Source of the DNA: Candidatus Undinarchaeota archaeon
GTDB lineage: Archaea; Undinarchaeota; Undinarchaeia; Undinarchaeales; UBA543
Assembly: GCA_964567575.1 (NCBI GenBank)
Contig: CAZMMZ010000002.1
Span: 26,004-90,003, forward strand
Reading direction: 5' to 3'
Length of the DNA: 64,000 nucleotides
Position 1 is the stretch's first letter. Every line of letters starts with the position of its first letter. Of the stretch, positions 53,511-62,489 are shown piece by piece. The notes under the pieces were generated by a model that was not told where the DNA came from, did not search any database, and saw only the letters and a program-made list of their open reading frames with translations. The translations under genes were made by a program, and so were the position numbers.

Positions 53511-55678
53511 TGACTAAAACAACGTTTCAAGTAACTGGAATGCATTGTGCAAGCTGTGCTGCTAATATTGAAACAACTCTTAAAAAAGAGAAAGGTGTTT
53601 CAACAGTAAATGTTAATTTTAGTACAGCAAAAGCAGTTGTTGAACACGATTCTTCAATTAGTGAAACTAAGATTGTAGAATTAATAAATGGAGCTGGATT
53701 TTCAGCTGAAGTTTTAAAAGAAGCAGATGTTCTTAAGGATTCCAATTTTCAAAAAAAAGAAGTTGATTATTTCAAGAAAAGATTTTTGTTCAGTATGATT
53801 TTTGCTATTCCTGCATTTATTTTTGGAATGGTTTTCATGTGGGCTGGAATTATGATTCCATATAATGATTATATATTATGGGCGCTTGCAACTCCGGTTC
53901 AATTTATTGTTGGCTGGCAATTTTACAAAGGCACATGGTCTGCACTCAAAAATAAATCAGCAAATATGGATTCTTTAATTGCTCTTGGTACGAGTGCTGC
54001 GTATTTCTTTAGTGTTTATCTTGTGCTTTTTCATCCAGGGAGTGGACAATATTTTGAAACTTCTGCAATTTTAATCACTCTTGTAATTATGGGGAAATAT
54101 TTCGAAGCAATTGCAAAAGGAAGAACGTCTGAAGCAATTAAAAAATTAATGCAATTAACTCCGAAAACCGCTATGGTTAAGCGCAATGGTGAGTTTGTTA
54201 GTGTTCCGGTTGAAAACGTAAAAGTTGGGGATATTATAATGGTCAAGCCTGGAGAAAGAATTCCTGTTGATGGTATTATTATTGAAGGAAGTTCCTCTGT
54301 TGATGAGAGTATGGTTACTGGAGAAAGTATTCCAATTGAAAAGAAAAAAGGATCTGAAGTTTTGTCTGCAACAATAAACAAGAATGGATCTTTCACGTTC
54401 AAAGCAACAAAAGTTGGTGCTAATACAACGCTGTCAAGAATAATTAAACTTATTGAAGAAGCTCAAGGCCAGAAAGCACCTATCCAGAGATTTGCAGATA
54501 CTGTTTCAAAATATTTTGTACCTATTGTAATTTTAATTTCAATCTTTACATTCATTACTTGGTTCTTCATCTTTTCAGCTGAATTATCATTTGCTTTAAT
54601 TGCATCAGTTGCAGTTTTGGTAATTGCATGTCCATGTTCTCTTGGTCTTGCCACACCAACAGCAATAATGGTTGGGTCTGGTAAAGGCGCGCAGAATGGT
54701 ATTCTTATCAAAGGTGGCGAAGCTCTTGAAACAGCACACAAGCTTGACTATGTTATACTTGACAAAACCGGCACAATCACAAAAGGGAAACCAGAAGTTA
54801 CTGATATTGTTACATTTAGTGGCGATGTTTTGAAAATAGCAGCGTCTCTTGAAAAAGCTTCAGAGCATCCTCTTGCAGATGCAATTGTTAAGAAAGCAGG
54901 CAGTACAGTATTGGATAAAGTTTCTGGATTTACAGCAGTTCCAGGTCATGGTGTTTCAGGAACAATCAACTCTCAGAAATATTTGCTTGGAAACAAAAAG
55001 CTTATGCAAATAAATAAAATTGATGTTTCAACTCATCTTAATAAAATTTCAGAATTAGAATCTCAAGGAAAAACAGTAATGATTCTTTCTGACACAAAAA
55101 CCATTTTAGGTTTTATTTCAGTTGCAGATACTCTCAGAAAAACATCCAAACAAGCTGTCCAAGAAATTAAGGATCTTGGTGCAGAAGTTTACATGATTAC
55201 TGGAGATAATGAACTTACTGCAAAAGCAATAGCAAGCGGTGTTGGAATTACTAATGTTTTTGCAGAGGTTCTTCCAAAAGATAAGCTTGGTTATGTTAAG
55301 AAGTTACAAGAAAAAGGAAAAGTTGCAATGGTTGGAGATGGTATTAATGATGCTCCTGCTCTTGCGCAAGCAGATATTGGGATTGCACTTGGTTCAGGTA
55401 CTGATGTTGCAATGGAAACTGGAAACATTGTTTTGATGCAAGATGATTTGCTTGATGTTCCAAATTCTATTAGGTTAAGCCAATCAACAATGAAGAAAAT
55501 AAAACAGAATATGTTCTGGGCATTATTCTATAACACTCTTGGAATACCAATTGCAGCAGGAGTTCTTTATCCATTTACTGGATGGCTTCTTTCACCAATA
55601 ATTGCCGGAGCAGCAATGGCGTTCAGTTCTGTAAGTGTTGTAACAAATTCTTTGCTTTTGAAAAGATTGAAACTTTAA
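53510..55678 (+). CDS. copA: Cu(I)-translocating P1B ATPase
   Basis: GMHCASC, TGES, IACPCSLGLATP, DKTGT, SEHPLA, GDGINDAP, YN and MAFSS. Confidence 0.95.
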   Translation: MTKTTFQVTGMHCASCAANIETTLKKEKGVSTVNVNFSTAKAVVEHDSSISETKIVELINGAGFSAEVLKEADVLKDSNFQKKEVDYFKKRFLFSMIFAIPAFIFGMVFMWAGIMIPYNDYILWALATPVQFIVGWQFYKGTWSALKNKSANMDSLIALGTSAAYFFSVYLVLFHPGSGQYFETSAILITLVIMGKYFEAIAKGRTSEAIKKLMQLTPKTAMVKRNGEFVSVPVENVKVGDIIMVKPGERIPVDGIIIEGSSSVDESMVTGESIPIEKKKGSEVLSATINKNGSFTFKATKVGANTTLSRIIKLIEEAQGQKAPIQRFADTVSKYFVPIVILISIFTFITWFFIFSAELSFALIASVAVLVIACPCSLGLATPTAIMVGSGKGAQNGILIKGGEALETAHKLDYVILDKTGTITKGKPEVTDIVTFSGDVLKIAASLEKASEHPLADAIVKKAGSTVLDKVSGFTAVPGHGVSGTINSQKYLLGNKKLMQINKIDVSTHLNKISELESQGKTVMILSDTKTILGFISVADTLRKTSKQAVQEIKDLGAEVYMITGDNELTAKAIASGVGITNVFAEVLPKDKLGYVKKLQEKGKVAMVGDGINDAPALAQADIGIALGSGTDVAMETGNIVLMQDDLLDVPNSIRLSQSTMKKIKQNMFWALFYNTLGIPIAAGVLYPFTGWLLSPIIAGAAMAFSSVSVVTNSLLLKRLKL

Positions 55679-56151
55679 CCAAACCAAATTCGAATCCCGA
55701 TTCCAATATAATGAGTTATTATTATAACTGCTATTGTAATTGTCAAATGTTCTAAGATTACTTTCCATGCAGTTATTTTTTCTTGCTTTGCAAGATAGAA
55801 ACTGAAACCTCCAATAATTAGTAAGCCCCACGCAATGCTTACAATAATTGCTGTTGAAAGTTGGAAAAGAAGAACTGGTATAAGGAATGTTAATCCAAAA
55901 ACTATCTTCGTAAGGAAAGTTGTCAAGGTGCTAGTCCAAATTTCTTTTGCTGTGTGTTTGCCTTCTGATTCTTCAGAAATGTGAATGCCGAGTGCATCTG
56001 AAAAAGCATCAGCAATTGCAATTGTAAGGATTCCTCCAATAACTACCATCTGTGAATTTGTTCCAGAATTTAATCCAACCATTAATCCAAGTGTTGTAAT
56101 TACTGCGGTTGTGATTCCAAAACTAAATCCTGTTTTTGTTGAGTGTTCCAT
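55675..56151 (-). CDS. VIT1/CCC1 family membrane protein
   Basis: FGITTAVITTLGL, IAIADAFSDALGIHISEE. Confidence 0.8.
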   Translation of the reverse strand: MEHSTKTGFSFGITTAVITTLGLMVGLNSGTNSQMVVIGGILTIAIADAFSDALGIHISEESEGKHTAKEIWTSTLTTFLTKIVFGLTFLIPVLLFQLSTAIIVSIAWGLLIIGGFSFYLAKQEKITAWKVILEHLTITIAVIIITHYIGIGIRIWFG

Positions 56152-56229
56152 CGGTCTGACTACTTTATTTCCGTAAATAAGTGTTTTGGTTTGAGTAAAG
56201 CTTTTATACTACTTTTCCTTCCAATCAGT

Positions 56230-57828
56230 ATGCAAACAAAATACATTATCACTACCGGCGGAGTAATATCCGGCCTTGGTAAGGGTATTGTCTCTTCTTC
56301 TATTGGGCGTCTTCTAAAAGCTGCTGGCTACAAAATTACTATTGTAAAAATTGATCCGTATATCAATGTTGACGCTGGCACAATGAACCCGTTTGAACAT
56401 GGCGAGGTTTTTGTTCTTGATGATGGTGGCGAATGCGATATGGACTTGGGAAATTATGAGCGCTTTCTTGGACTTAATCTCAAGAGAAGTAATAACATAA
56501 CCACTGGCAAGGCCTACAAAGCAGTTATTGACAAGGAGCGTAAAGGAGATTACCTTGGAAAAACTGTTCAGATTATTCCACATGTTACAAATGAAATTCG
56601 CGATCAAATACATAAGGCAGCAAAAGGTTTTGAAATTTGTATTGTTGAACTTGGTGGAACAGTTGGAGATATTGAAAGCATGCCTTTCTTAGAAGCAGTT
56701 CGACAACTACATCTGAAAGAAGGTGATGAGAATGTTGCATTTATTCATGTTACTTTAGTTCCGTCTTTGAGTGTTGTTGGCGAGCAGAAAACAAAACCAA
56801 CTCAACACAGTGTTCAGAGATTACAAGAAGCTGGAATTCAACCTGATTTCATTGTTGCAAGAGCAGAAAAAAGATTGCACAAAAAAACGCAGGGGAAAAT
56901 CGCAAACTTCTGTAATGTTCGCATTGAACAAGTTATCTCAGATCCTGATTGCAAGAGTTTGTATGAGGTTCCTCTTCTTTTGAAAAAGGAAGGTCTTGAC
57001 AGAAAGTTAATGAAGAAATTTGGCTTGAAAAAGAAAGGCAGTGGAAATATGAATGAATGGAGAAAAATTGTTAATCGAATGGTTAAGCCAAAAAAGAAAG
57101 TTAAAATTGCAATGGCTGGAAAATACACAGAGCTTTCTGATTCTTATGTCAGTATTCTGGAAGCATTGAAACATGCAGGTGCTGAAAATAATTGCGAAGT
57201 TGAAATTGAATGGATTGAGACAACTGATTTTGAAAAAGACAAGAACAAGGTTCATATTTTGGATAAGGTTGATGGTTTATTGGTTCCTGGTGGATTTGGT
57301 TCAAGAGGAGCAGAAGGAAAAATCACTGCAATAAATTATGCTAGGAAAAACAAGATTCCGTTCTTAGGATTATGTTATGGTTTTCAAATGGCAGCTGTTG
57401 GATTTGCTAGAAAAGCATGTAATTTGAAAGGTGCTAATTCTGTTGAGATTAAGAAAAATCCAAAGCATCCAATAATTTGCATTTTGCCAGATCAATATGA
57501 TGGTATAAACATGGGTGCTACAATGCGTCTTGGGTCATGGCCATGTAAAGTTGAAAAAGGAACACTTGCGCATAAGATTTACGGAAAAACATTGATTCAT
57601 GAAAGGCACAGGCATAGATATGAATTGAATCCAGAATATATTGAAGTTCTTGAAAAAAATGGTTTGAAGTTTTCTGGAAAAGCTCCGGATTCTCCAATAA
57701 TGGAAATGCTTGAATTGCCAAAACATCCATTCTTTATAGCAACACAAGGTCATCCAGAATTCAAGTCTCGTGTTGAATCACCAGCTCCTTTGTTTGTGCA
57801 TTTTGTTAAAGCTTGTATAAAAAAATAA
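56230..57828 (+). CDS. pyrG: CTP synthase
   Basis: TGGVISGLGKG, MNPFEHGEVF, ELGGTVGDIES, KTKPTQ, LGLCYG, ERHRHRYE, QGHPEF. Confidence 0.97.
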   Translation: MQTKYIITTGGVISGLGKGIVSSSIGRLLKAAGYKITIVKIDPYINVDAGTMNPFEHGEVFVLDDGGECDMDLGNYERFLGLNLKRSNNITTGKAYKAVIDKERKGDYLGKTVQIIPHVTNEIRDQIHKAAKGFEICIVELGGTVGDIESMPFLEAVRQLHLKEGDENVAFIHVTLVPSLSVVGEQKTKPTQHSVQRLQEAGIQPDFIVARAEKRLHKKTQGKIANFCNVRIEQVISDPDCKSLYEVPLLLKKEGLDRKLMKKFGLKKKGSGNMNEWRKIVNRMVKPKKKVKIAMAGKYTELSDSYVSILEALKHAGAENNCEVEIEWIETTDFEKDKNKVHILDKVDGLLVPGGFGSRGAEGKITAINYARKNKIPFLGLCYGFQMAAVGFARKACNLKGANSVEIKKNPKHPIICILPDQYDGINMGATMRLGSWPCKVEKGTLAHKIYGKTLIHERHRHRYELNPEYIEVLEKNGLKFSGKAPDSPIMEMLELPKHPFFIATQGHPEFKSRVESPAPLFVHFVKACIKK

Positions 57829-57859
57829 GTATAAATAGCAGCTGAGATATTATCTTATT

Positions 57860-58291
57860 ATGGTACTACCGTTTGTTATGACGCCTTCTGCAACAGTAAT
57901 TATAGGCGGATCTGCAGCTTCACTTGCTGCTGTTGGTGGATATTCTATGTATGCTCGAATTAAGAATCATAAGGTTAGGCAATCTGAAGATGCAAAAGAT
58001 ACAATTCGCCAGCATGTCAAACATGAGCTTCGTCTTGGTAGTCAGCTTCCCACAATCAAAAAAAGATTAATTCAATCTGGTCATCAGGAGGATCATGTGC
58101 GCGAAGTTGTTGGAGCTTTAGAATTATATCATTATGTTTATCATAATCTAAATCAAGGGCATGCTGCTGTTAAAGTAAAACAAGCATTACTTCATTGGGG
58201 TTGGAGTGAAGCTCAAGTGAATAAAACTCTTCTTCATGCTTCTAATCGTTTGTTAGCTCAGAAATATTCTCAAAAACATATTACTGTGTAA
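57860..58291 (+). CDS. Hypothetical TM protein with two copies of a small helical motif
   Basis: Two units of the form (H/Y)V-x3-L-x2-G...(I/V)K-x2-L-x3-G-x5-V; the motif recurs in DPANN proteins. Confidence 0.7.
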   Translation: MVLPFVMTPSATVIIGGSAASLAAVGGYSMYARIKNHKVRQSEDAKDTIRQHVKHELRLGSQLPTIKKRLIQSGHQEDHVREVVGALELYHYVYHNLNQGHAAVKVKQALLHWGWSEAQVNKTLLHASNRLLAQKYSQKHITV

Positions 58292-58338
58292 TCACCACAA
58301 ACTTTTTAAATACTATTTAATATCTAATCGGAGTTACA

Positions 58339-58500
58339 ATGGCTAAATTTCCAGAAGCAGATGCACGATTGTTCGAGAACGTGTACATTTGCATGAAATG
58401 TCAAGCACGTCAGCGCGTGGATAAGCGCAGAATTAGATTGGGGAAGGCCAAATGTCGTGAGTGTCACTATCCAAGACTTCGACAAAAGAAAAAGAAATAG
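58339..58500 (+). CDS. rpl40e: Ribosomal protein L40e
   Basis: Manual translation MAKFPEADARLFENVYICMKCQARQR...KCRECHYPRLRQKKKK. Confidence 0.92.
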   Translation: MAKFPEADARLFENVYICMKCQARQRVDKRRIRLGKAKCRECHYPRLRQKKKK

Positions 58501-58546
58501 TTCTATTTTATAAAATATTTATATCGCTTAATGACAGTTATACTTT

Positions 58547-58631
58547 GCAGAGGTGGCAGAACTCGGTATTGCGCTCGCCTCGAAAGCGAGTCCCTTTGGG
58601 ATTGCAGGTTCAAATCCTGTCCTCTGCGCCA
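58547..58631 (+). tRNA. tRNA-Ser(CGA), CCA encoded
   Basis: Acceptor GCAGAGG/CCTCTGC, discriminator G; anticodon arm CTCGC-CTCGAAA-GCGAG; variable arm TCCC-TTT-GGGA; GGTTCAAATCC. Confidence 0.95.
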
Positions 58632-58721
58632 ATTTCTAATAAAATCAGGGCTTCGCGAAGCGAATGCCCCCTGCCATCGTCCGCGGCAAGGCGGACGGGG
58701 CAAGTCCTGTCCTCTGCGCCA
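58611..58721 (+). repeat. Direct repeat of the tRNA-Ser 3' end flanking a 69-nt structured insert
   Basis: CAAATCCTGTCCTCTGCGCCA (58611-58631) vs CAAGTCCTGTCCTCTGCGCCA (58701-58721), 20/21 identical. Confidence 0.9.
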
Positions 58722-58723
58722 CT

Positions 58724-59272
58724 TTATCCTTGCATCTCGCTTATAATTTCGCCATCAGCATTTTTTAGAATTACTGTGTCGCCTACATTCCAGAAATCAT
58801 CTCTAAACAGGTACCATTCCATATCTGTTGCAATTCCACGTTCTGTGTTTATTAAAAGATAATTGTTTAGTGTTGTATAATCTAAGAATGTGTAAAATAC
58901 AGTTCCGTTTTGGTTTTCAAGTGTCCATTCATCAACTCTGTAATTATTTGCAGTTATTCTGATCCATTCCTTTTCACCTAATTGTACTTCTGTTATAGTT
59001 GGTTCTGAGCTTTCTTTTTGTCTGCAACCTGTGATTAATGTGTTAGTACATCCTCCTTTTACACAAGATTCTGTTGTACAATAATCATCATCATCACAAT
59101 CTTTATCAATTGAACATTCTGGTTCTATAATAGGTTCTATTTCCACTTCATCAATTGGTTCAATATCGGGTGTTTCCACTTTTGGAAGTTCCTGTTCTTG
59201 TGGTTCTATACAACCAGCAACAAAAACAGCAGTTAGTATTATCAATGTCAAAAGAATTGTTTTGATTTTCAT
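58724..59272 (-). CDS. Lipoprotein with Cys-rich repeat and lamin-tail-like domain
   Basis: Lipobox VAGC, acidic linker, CSIDKDCDDDDYCTTESC...C, EWIRI, WTLEN, DTVILKNADG. Confidence 0.7.
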   Translation of the reverse strand: MKIKTILLTLIILTAVFVAGCIEPQEQELPKVETPDIEPIDEVEIEPIIEPECSIDKDCDDDDYCTTESCVKGGCTNTLITGCRQKESSEPTITEVQLGEKEWIRITANNYRVDEWTLENQNGTVFYTFLDYTTLNNYLLINTERGIATDMEWYLFRDDFWNVGDTVILKNADGEIISEMQG

Positions 59273-59366
59273 AATTCGAGCTAATCATTATTGATATTTA
59301 AACTTATTCTATTCGCAGATTTTCTATTAACAATACTTAAATACTGATTTCAGTAACTCTGATATT

Positions 59367-59885
59367 ATGATATATGAAGTTCGTTTTCATGGCCGTGGTG
59401 GACAAGGCGCAGTGACTGCTGCTAATTTACTTGCTGTAGCTGCTGGTTTTGAAGGAAAATATTCTAGGGCATTTCCATTCTTCGGAGTGGAGCGCCGAGG
59501 CGCGCCGGTTCAAGCGTTCTGTAGAATTTCTGACAAGCCATTTAGATCTTATCAAAATGTTTACACTCCTAATACCGTTGTTGTTTTAGATTCATCTTTA
59601 ATCAAAGATGTTGATGTTGCTTCTGGTTTGGAGAAGGACGGGCATGTTGTTGTGAATTGTCATGAGTGTCCTAAATTGAAAAATGGAAATACTCATTATG
59701 TTGATGCAACAAAAATAGCTCTCAATCATATCAAGAAGCCGATTGTAAATACTGCAATGCTCGGGTCGTTTGCAAAAGTTACTGATGTTGTTAAATTAGA
59801 TTCATTAAAGAAAGCAGTTCTTGAAAAATTCGGAGAATCAAATGTTAAGGCACTTGAAGAATGTTATAATGAGGTGAAATCATGA
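59367..59885 (+). CDS. porG: Pyruvate/2-oxoacid:ferredoxin oxidoreductase gamma subunit
   Basis: RFHGRGGQGAVT, FFGVERRGAPV, NTAMLG. Confidence 0.93.
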   Translation: MIYEVRFHGRGGQGAVTAANLLAVAAGFEGKYSRAFPFFGVERRGAPVQAFCRISDKPFRSYQNVYTPNTVVVLDSSLIKDVDVASGLEKDGHVVVNCHECPKLKNGNTHYVDATKIALNHIKKPIVNTAMLGSFAKVTDVVKLDSLKKAVLEKFGESNVKALEECYNEVKS

Positions 59886-60136
59886 ATCCACCGAATTCAA
59901 AACCTGGAACAACTGTAGCGAACAAAACCGGTAGCTGGCGCACTTACAAACCAACTGTTGATCTAGCAAAATGTACAAAGTGTAATATCTGCGCAGGCTT
60001 TTGTCCAGAGGGTTGTATTAATATTGACAAAAACACTGGAGCAATTATTGATTTTGATTATTGCAAAGGATGTGGAATCTGCGCAAAGGAATGTCCAGTA
60101 AAAGCAATTATAATGTCGCTGGAGGTAAAGAAATGA
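59882..60136 (+). CDS. porD: POR delta subunit (2x[4Fe-4S])
   Basis: TGSWRTYKP, CTKCNICAGFCP, CKGCGICAKECP. Confidence 0.93.
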   Translation: MNPPNSKPGTTVANKTGSWRTYKPTVDLAKCTKCNICAGFCPEGCINIDKNTGAIIDFDYCKGCGICAKECPVKAIIMSLEVKK

Positions 60137-61266
60137 AAAAAACATTAGAAGGTTCAATAGCAGTTGCAGAAGCAATTAAGAATTGTGATCCTGATGTTGC
60201 TGCTTGTTATCCAATTACTCCAAGCACTCACATTGGCGAGCACTTGTCAGAATTTTTCGCTAATGGCGAATTGAAATCTTATGTTAATACAGAAGCTGAA
60301 ATTTCTTCTATTGCCGCATTAATCGGTGCATCAGCTGCTGGTGGCAGAGCAGTTTCAGTAACTGCTTCTCAAGGATTGGCTTACATGCACGAGTCACTTT
60401 TCTGCGCAGCTGGTATGCGCCTTCCAATGCTTATTGTTGTTGGAAACCGTTCTCTTTCAGCACCGCTCAGTATTTGGAATGATTGGCAGGACAGTATTGC
60501 AGAGCGCGATTCTGGTTGTCTGCAATTTTATGCAGAGAATAATCAGGAAGCAGTTGATCTTGCAATTCAGGGTTTCAAAATTTCAGAGGCAGTTAATTTG
60601 CCTGCACTTATGGGAATGGATGGTTTTTATTTGACTCATTCTGTTGAGCCACTTGATATTCCTGAAAAATCTGATGTTCAGAAATTCCTTCCGGCTCGCA
60701 AATCAGTTGTAAAACTTGATTCAGCAAATCCAATTACAATGGGTGCTTATGCATTCCCAAAATATTATCAGGGTTTCCGAGAGGATTTGCACAAGGATTT
60801 GACAGCTGCTAAAACCACTATCAAGCAAGTTCATGATGAATTTGCAAAACAGTTTGGTAGGAAATATGGTAATGGATTAATTGAGGAATACAAAACAAAA
60901 GATGCTGATTATATTTTAATTTCAATGGGAAGTGCTGCAGGAAATGCAAAGGATGCAGCAGATGAATTGCGAGCGCAAGGCGAGAAAGTTGGTGTGCTTC
61001 GAATTCGCTGTTACAGGCCATTCCCATCTGAAGATATTGCAAAAGCATTAGATGGCAAAAAGGGTGTTGGTGTTTTTGAAAAGGCATACAGCTTGGGGGC
61101 AATCCCACCTGTTTATGGAGATGTTTCTGAAGCAATTACAAATTGCAAAACCAGGCCCCAACTTTCAAGTTTTGTTGGCGGACTTGGTGGAAAGGATGTT
61201 ACTGTTGATTCTCTTAAAATTTTATTTGGAAAATTAAAGAAGGGGGTGAGTAAAGAATGGGTATAG
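60133..61266 (+). CDS. porA: POR alpha subunit
   Basis: YPITPST, TASQGL, NRSLSAPLSIWND, IRCYRPFP. Confidence 0.93.
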   Translation: MKKTLEGSIAVAEAIKNCDPDVAACYPITPSTHIGEHLSEFFANGELKSYVNTEAEISSIAALIGASAAGGRAVSVTASQGLAYMHESLFCAAGMRLPMLIVVGNRSLSAPLSIWNDWQDSIAERDSGCLQFYAENNQEAVDLAIQGFKISEAVNLPALMGMDGFYLTHSVEPLDIPEKSDVQKFLPARKSVVKLDSANPITMGAYAFPKYYQGFREDLHKDLTAAKTTIKQVHDEFAKQFGRKYGNGLIEEYKTKDADYILISMGSAAGNAKDAADELRAQGEKVGVLRIRCYRPFPSEDIAKALDGKKGVGVFEKAYSLGAIPPVYGDVSEAITNCKTRPQLSSFVGGLGGKDVTVDSLKILFGKLKKGVSKEWV

Positions 61267-62126
61267 ATCCAAATCACTTACTCACTGCAGGACACACAGC
61301 ATGCGCTGGATGTCCAATGCCTGTGATAATTCGGCATGTTCTTGATGTTCTTGGAAAGGATACCATTGTTGTAAATGCAACAAGCTGTTCTGAAATTATT
61401 TCATCTCAATATCCTACAAGTGCTTTCAAAACTCCGTACATTCATTCTTTATTTGAAAATACTCCTGCTGTTGCAACAGGAGTTGTTCGATCCTTGCGCG
61501 CGCAAGGAAATGATCACACTCAGGTTGTAGTAATTGCAGGAGACGGAGCAACTTACGATATTGGATTCGGAGCAATGTCTGGAGCAATGGAACGGAACGA
61601 AGACATTCTTTACATTTGCTATGATAATGAAGCGTACATGAACACTGGAGTCCAGCGTTCAAGTGCAACTCCACCACTTGCAAAAACAACAACTTCACCA
61701 GTTGGTTCAAAAATACATGGCAAGATGATGCCAAAGAAACCAATTGTAGAAATCTGCGCAGCGCATGGAATTCCTTATTCTGCATCTGCAAGTATTGCAT
61801 ACCTTCCGGATTTCAAAGCAAAACTTGAGAAAGCAAAAGCAATGAAAGGATTCAGATTCATTGATGTGATTTCACCGTGCGTTCCTGGATGGGGATATGA
61901 TCCTGCAATTTCAATAGAACTCTCAAGACTTGCTGTTGAAACTGGAATGTGGGAATTATTTGAAATTGAGAATGGAGTAAGAAAAGACACTTTCAAGCCA
62001 GGGCAATTAAAACCAGTTGAATTATATTTGAAACCGCAGAAGCGGTTTAAGCATTTGACTGATGCTGAATTAAAAGGGATTCAGAAAAAGATTTTGGAAA
62101 GAACGAAGATTCCGTTGTTGAAATAA
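61257..62126 (+). CDS. porB: POR beta subunit
   Basis: GHTACAGC, ATSC, FEN, GDGATYDIG, YDNEAYMNTGVQRS, SPCVPGW. Confidence 0.93.
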   Translation: MGIDPNHLLTAGHTACAGCPMPVIIRHVLDVLGKDTIVVNATSCSEIISSQYPTSAFKTPYIHSLFENTPAVATGVVRSLRAQGNDHTQVVVIAGDGATYDIGFGAMSGAMERNEDILYICYDNEAYMNTGVQRSSATPPLAKTTTSPVGSKIHGKMMPKKPIVEICAAHGIPYSASASIAYLPDFKAKLEKAKAMKGFRFIDVISPCVPGWGYDPAISIELSRLAVETGMWELFEIENGVRKDTFKPGQLKPVELYLKPQKRFKHLTDAELKGIQKKILERTKIPLLK

Positions 62127-62132
62127 TTAAAT

Positions 62133-62489
62133 TTATTCATAAACTAAATCTTCTGATTTAAAAAATTCTTTTGTAAATTGAATAACTTTTTCAACATCAA
62201 ATTTTTTACAACTATATATGTCTGATGTGAAAAATTTATGTTTTCTTCAAGCATGTACGTGACATCCCGATTCTGTCCAAGCAACAAAACCATTTAATTC
62301 AAAAAGTGGAACTTCTGGATTATCCCATTTATCTGGTGGCCAAGAATACGGTCCTGAAAAAATCTTCATTTCTAATACTTTAGATAATTCATCTAAGTAT
62401 TTTTTTATTGTCTCTCCTGTTTGTTCGTTTGTATAATGACCTTCTATGGTTAATCTTTGTCTGTATATGTTTGGTTCTAAATTTATCAT
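62133..62489 (-). pseudogene. AdoMet decarboxylase-like proenzyme with in-frame TGA at 62247-62249
   Basis: RQRLTIEG...WTESGCHVHA*RKHKFFTSDIYSCKKFDVEKVIQFTKEFF; family-like sequence continues in frame to TAA at 62133-62135; the stop sits where Trp is expected. Confidence 0.75.

Noticed and set aside
58611-58721. CRISPR array
   Set aside because: Only two repeat copies, derived from the tRNA; no cas genes.
62247-62249. Genome-wide TGA=Trp reassignment or selenocysteine
   Set aside because: TGA ends normal genes here (5501, 59885, 60136) and TGG encodes Trp throughout. The position corresponds to Trp, not Cys, and I saw no SECIS-like hairpin.
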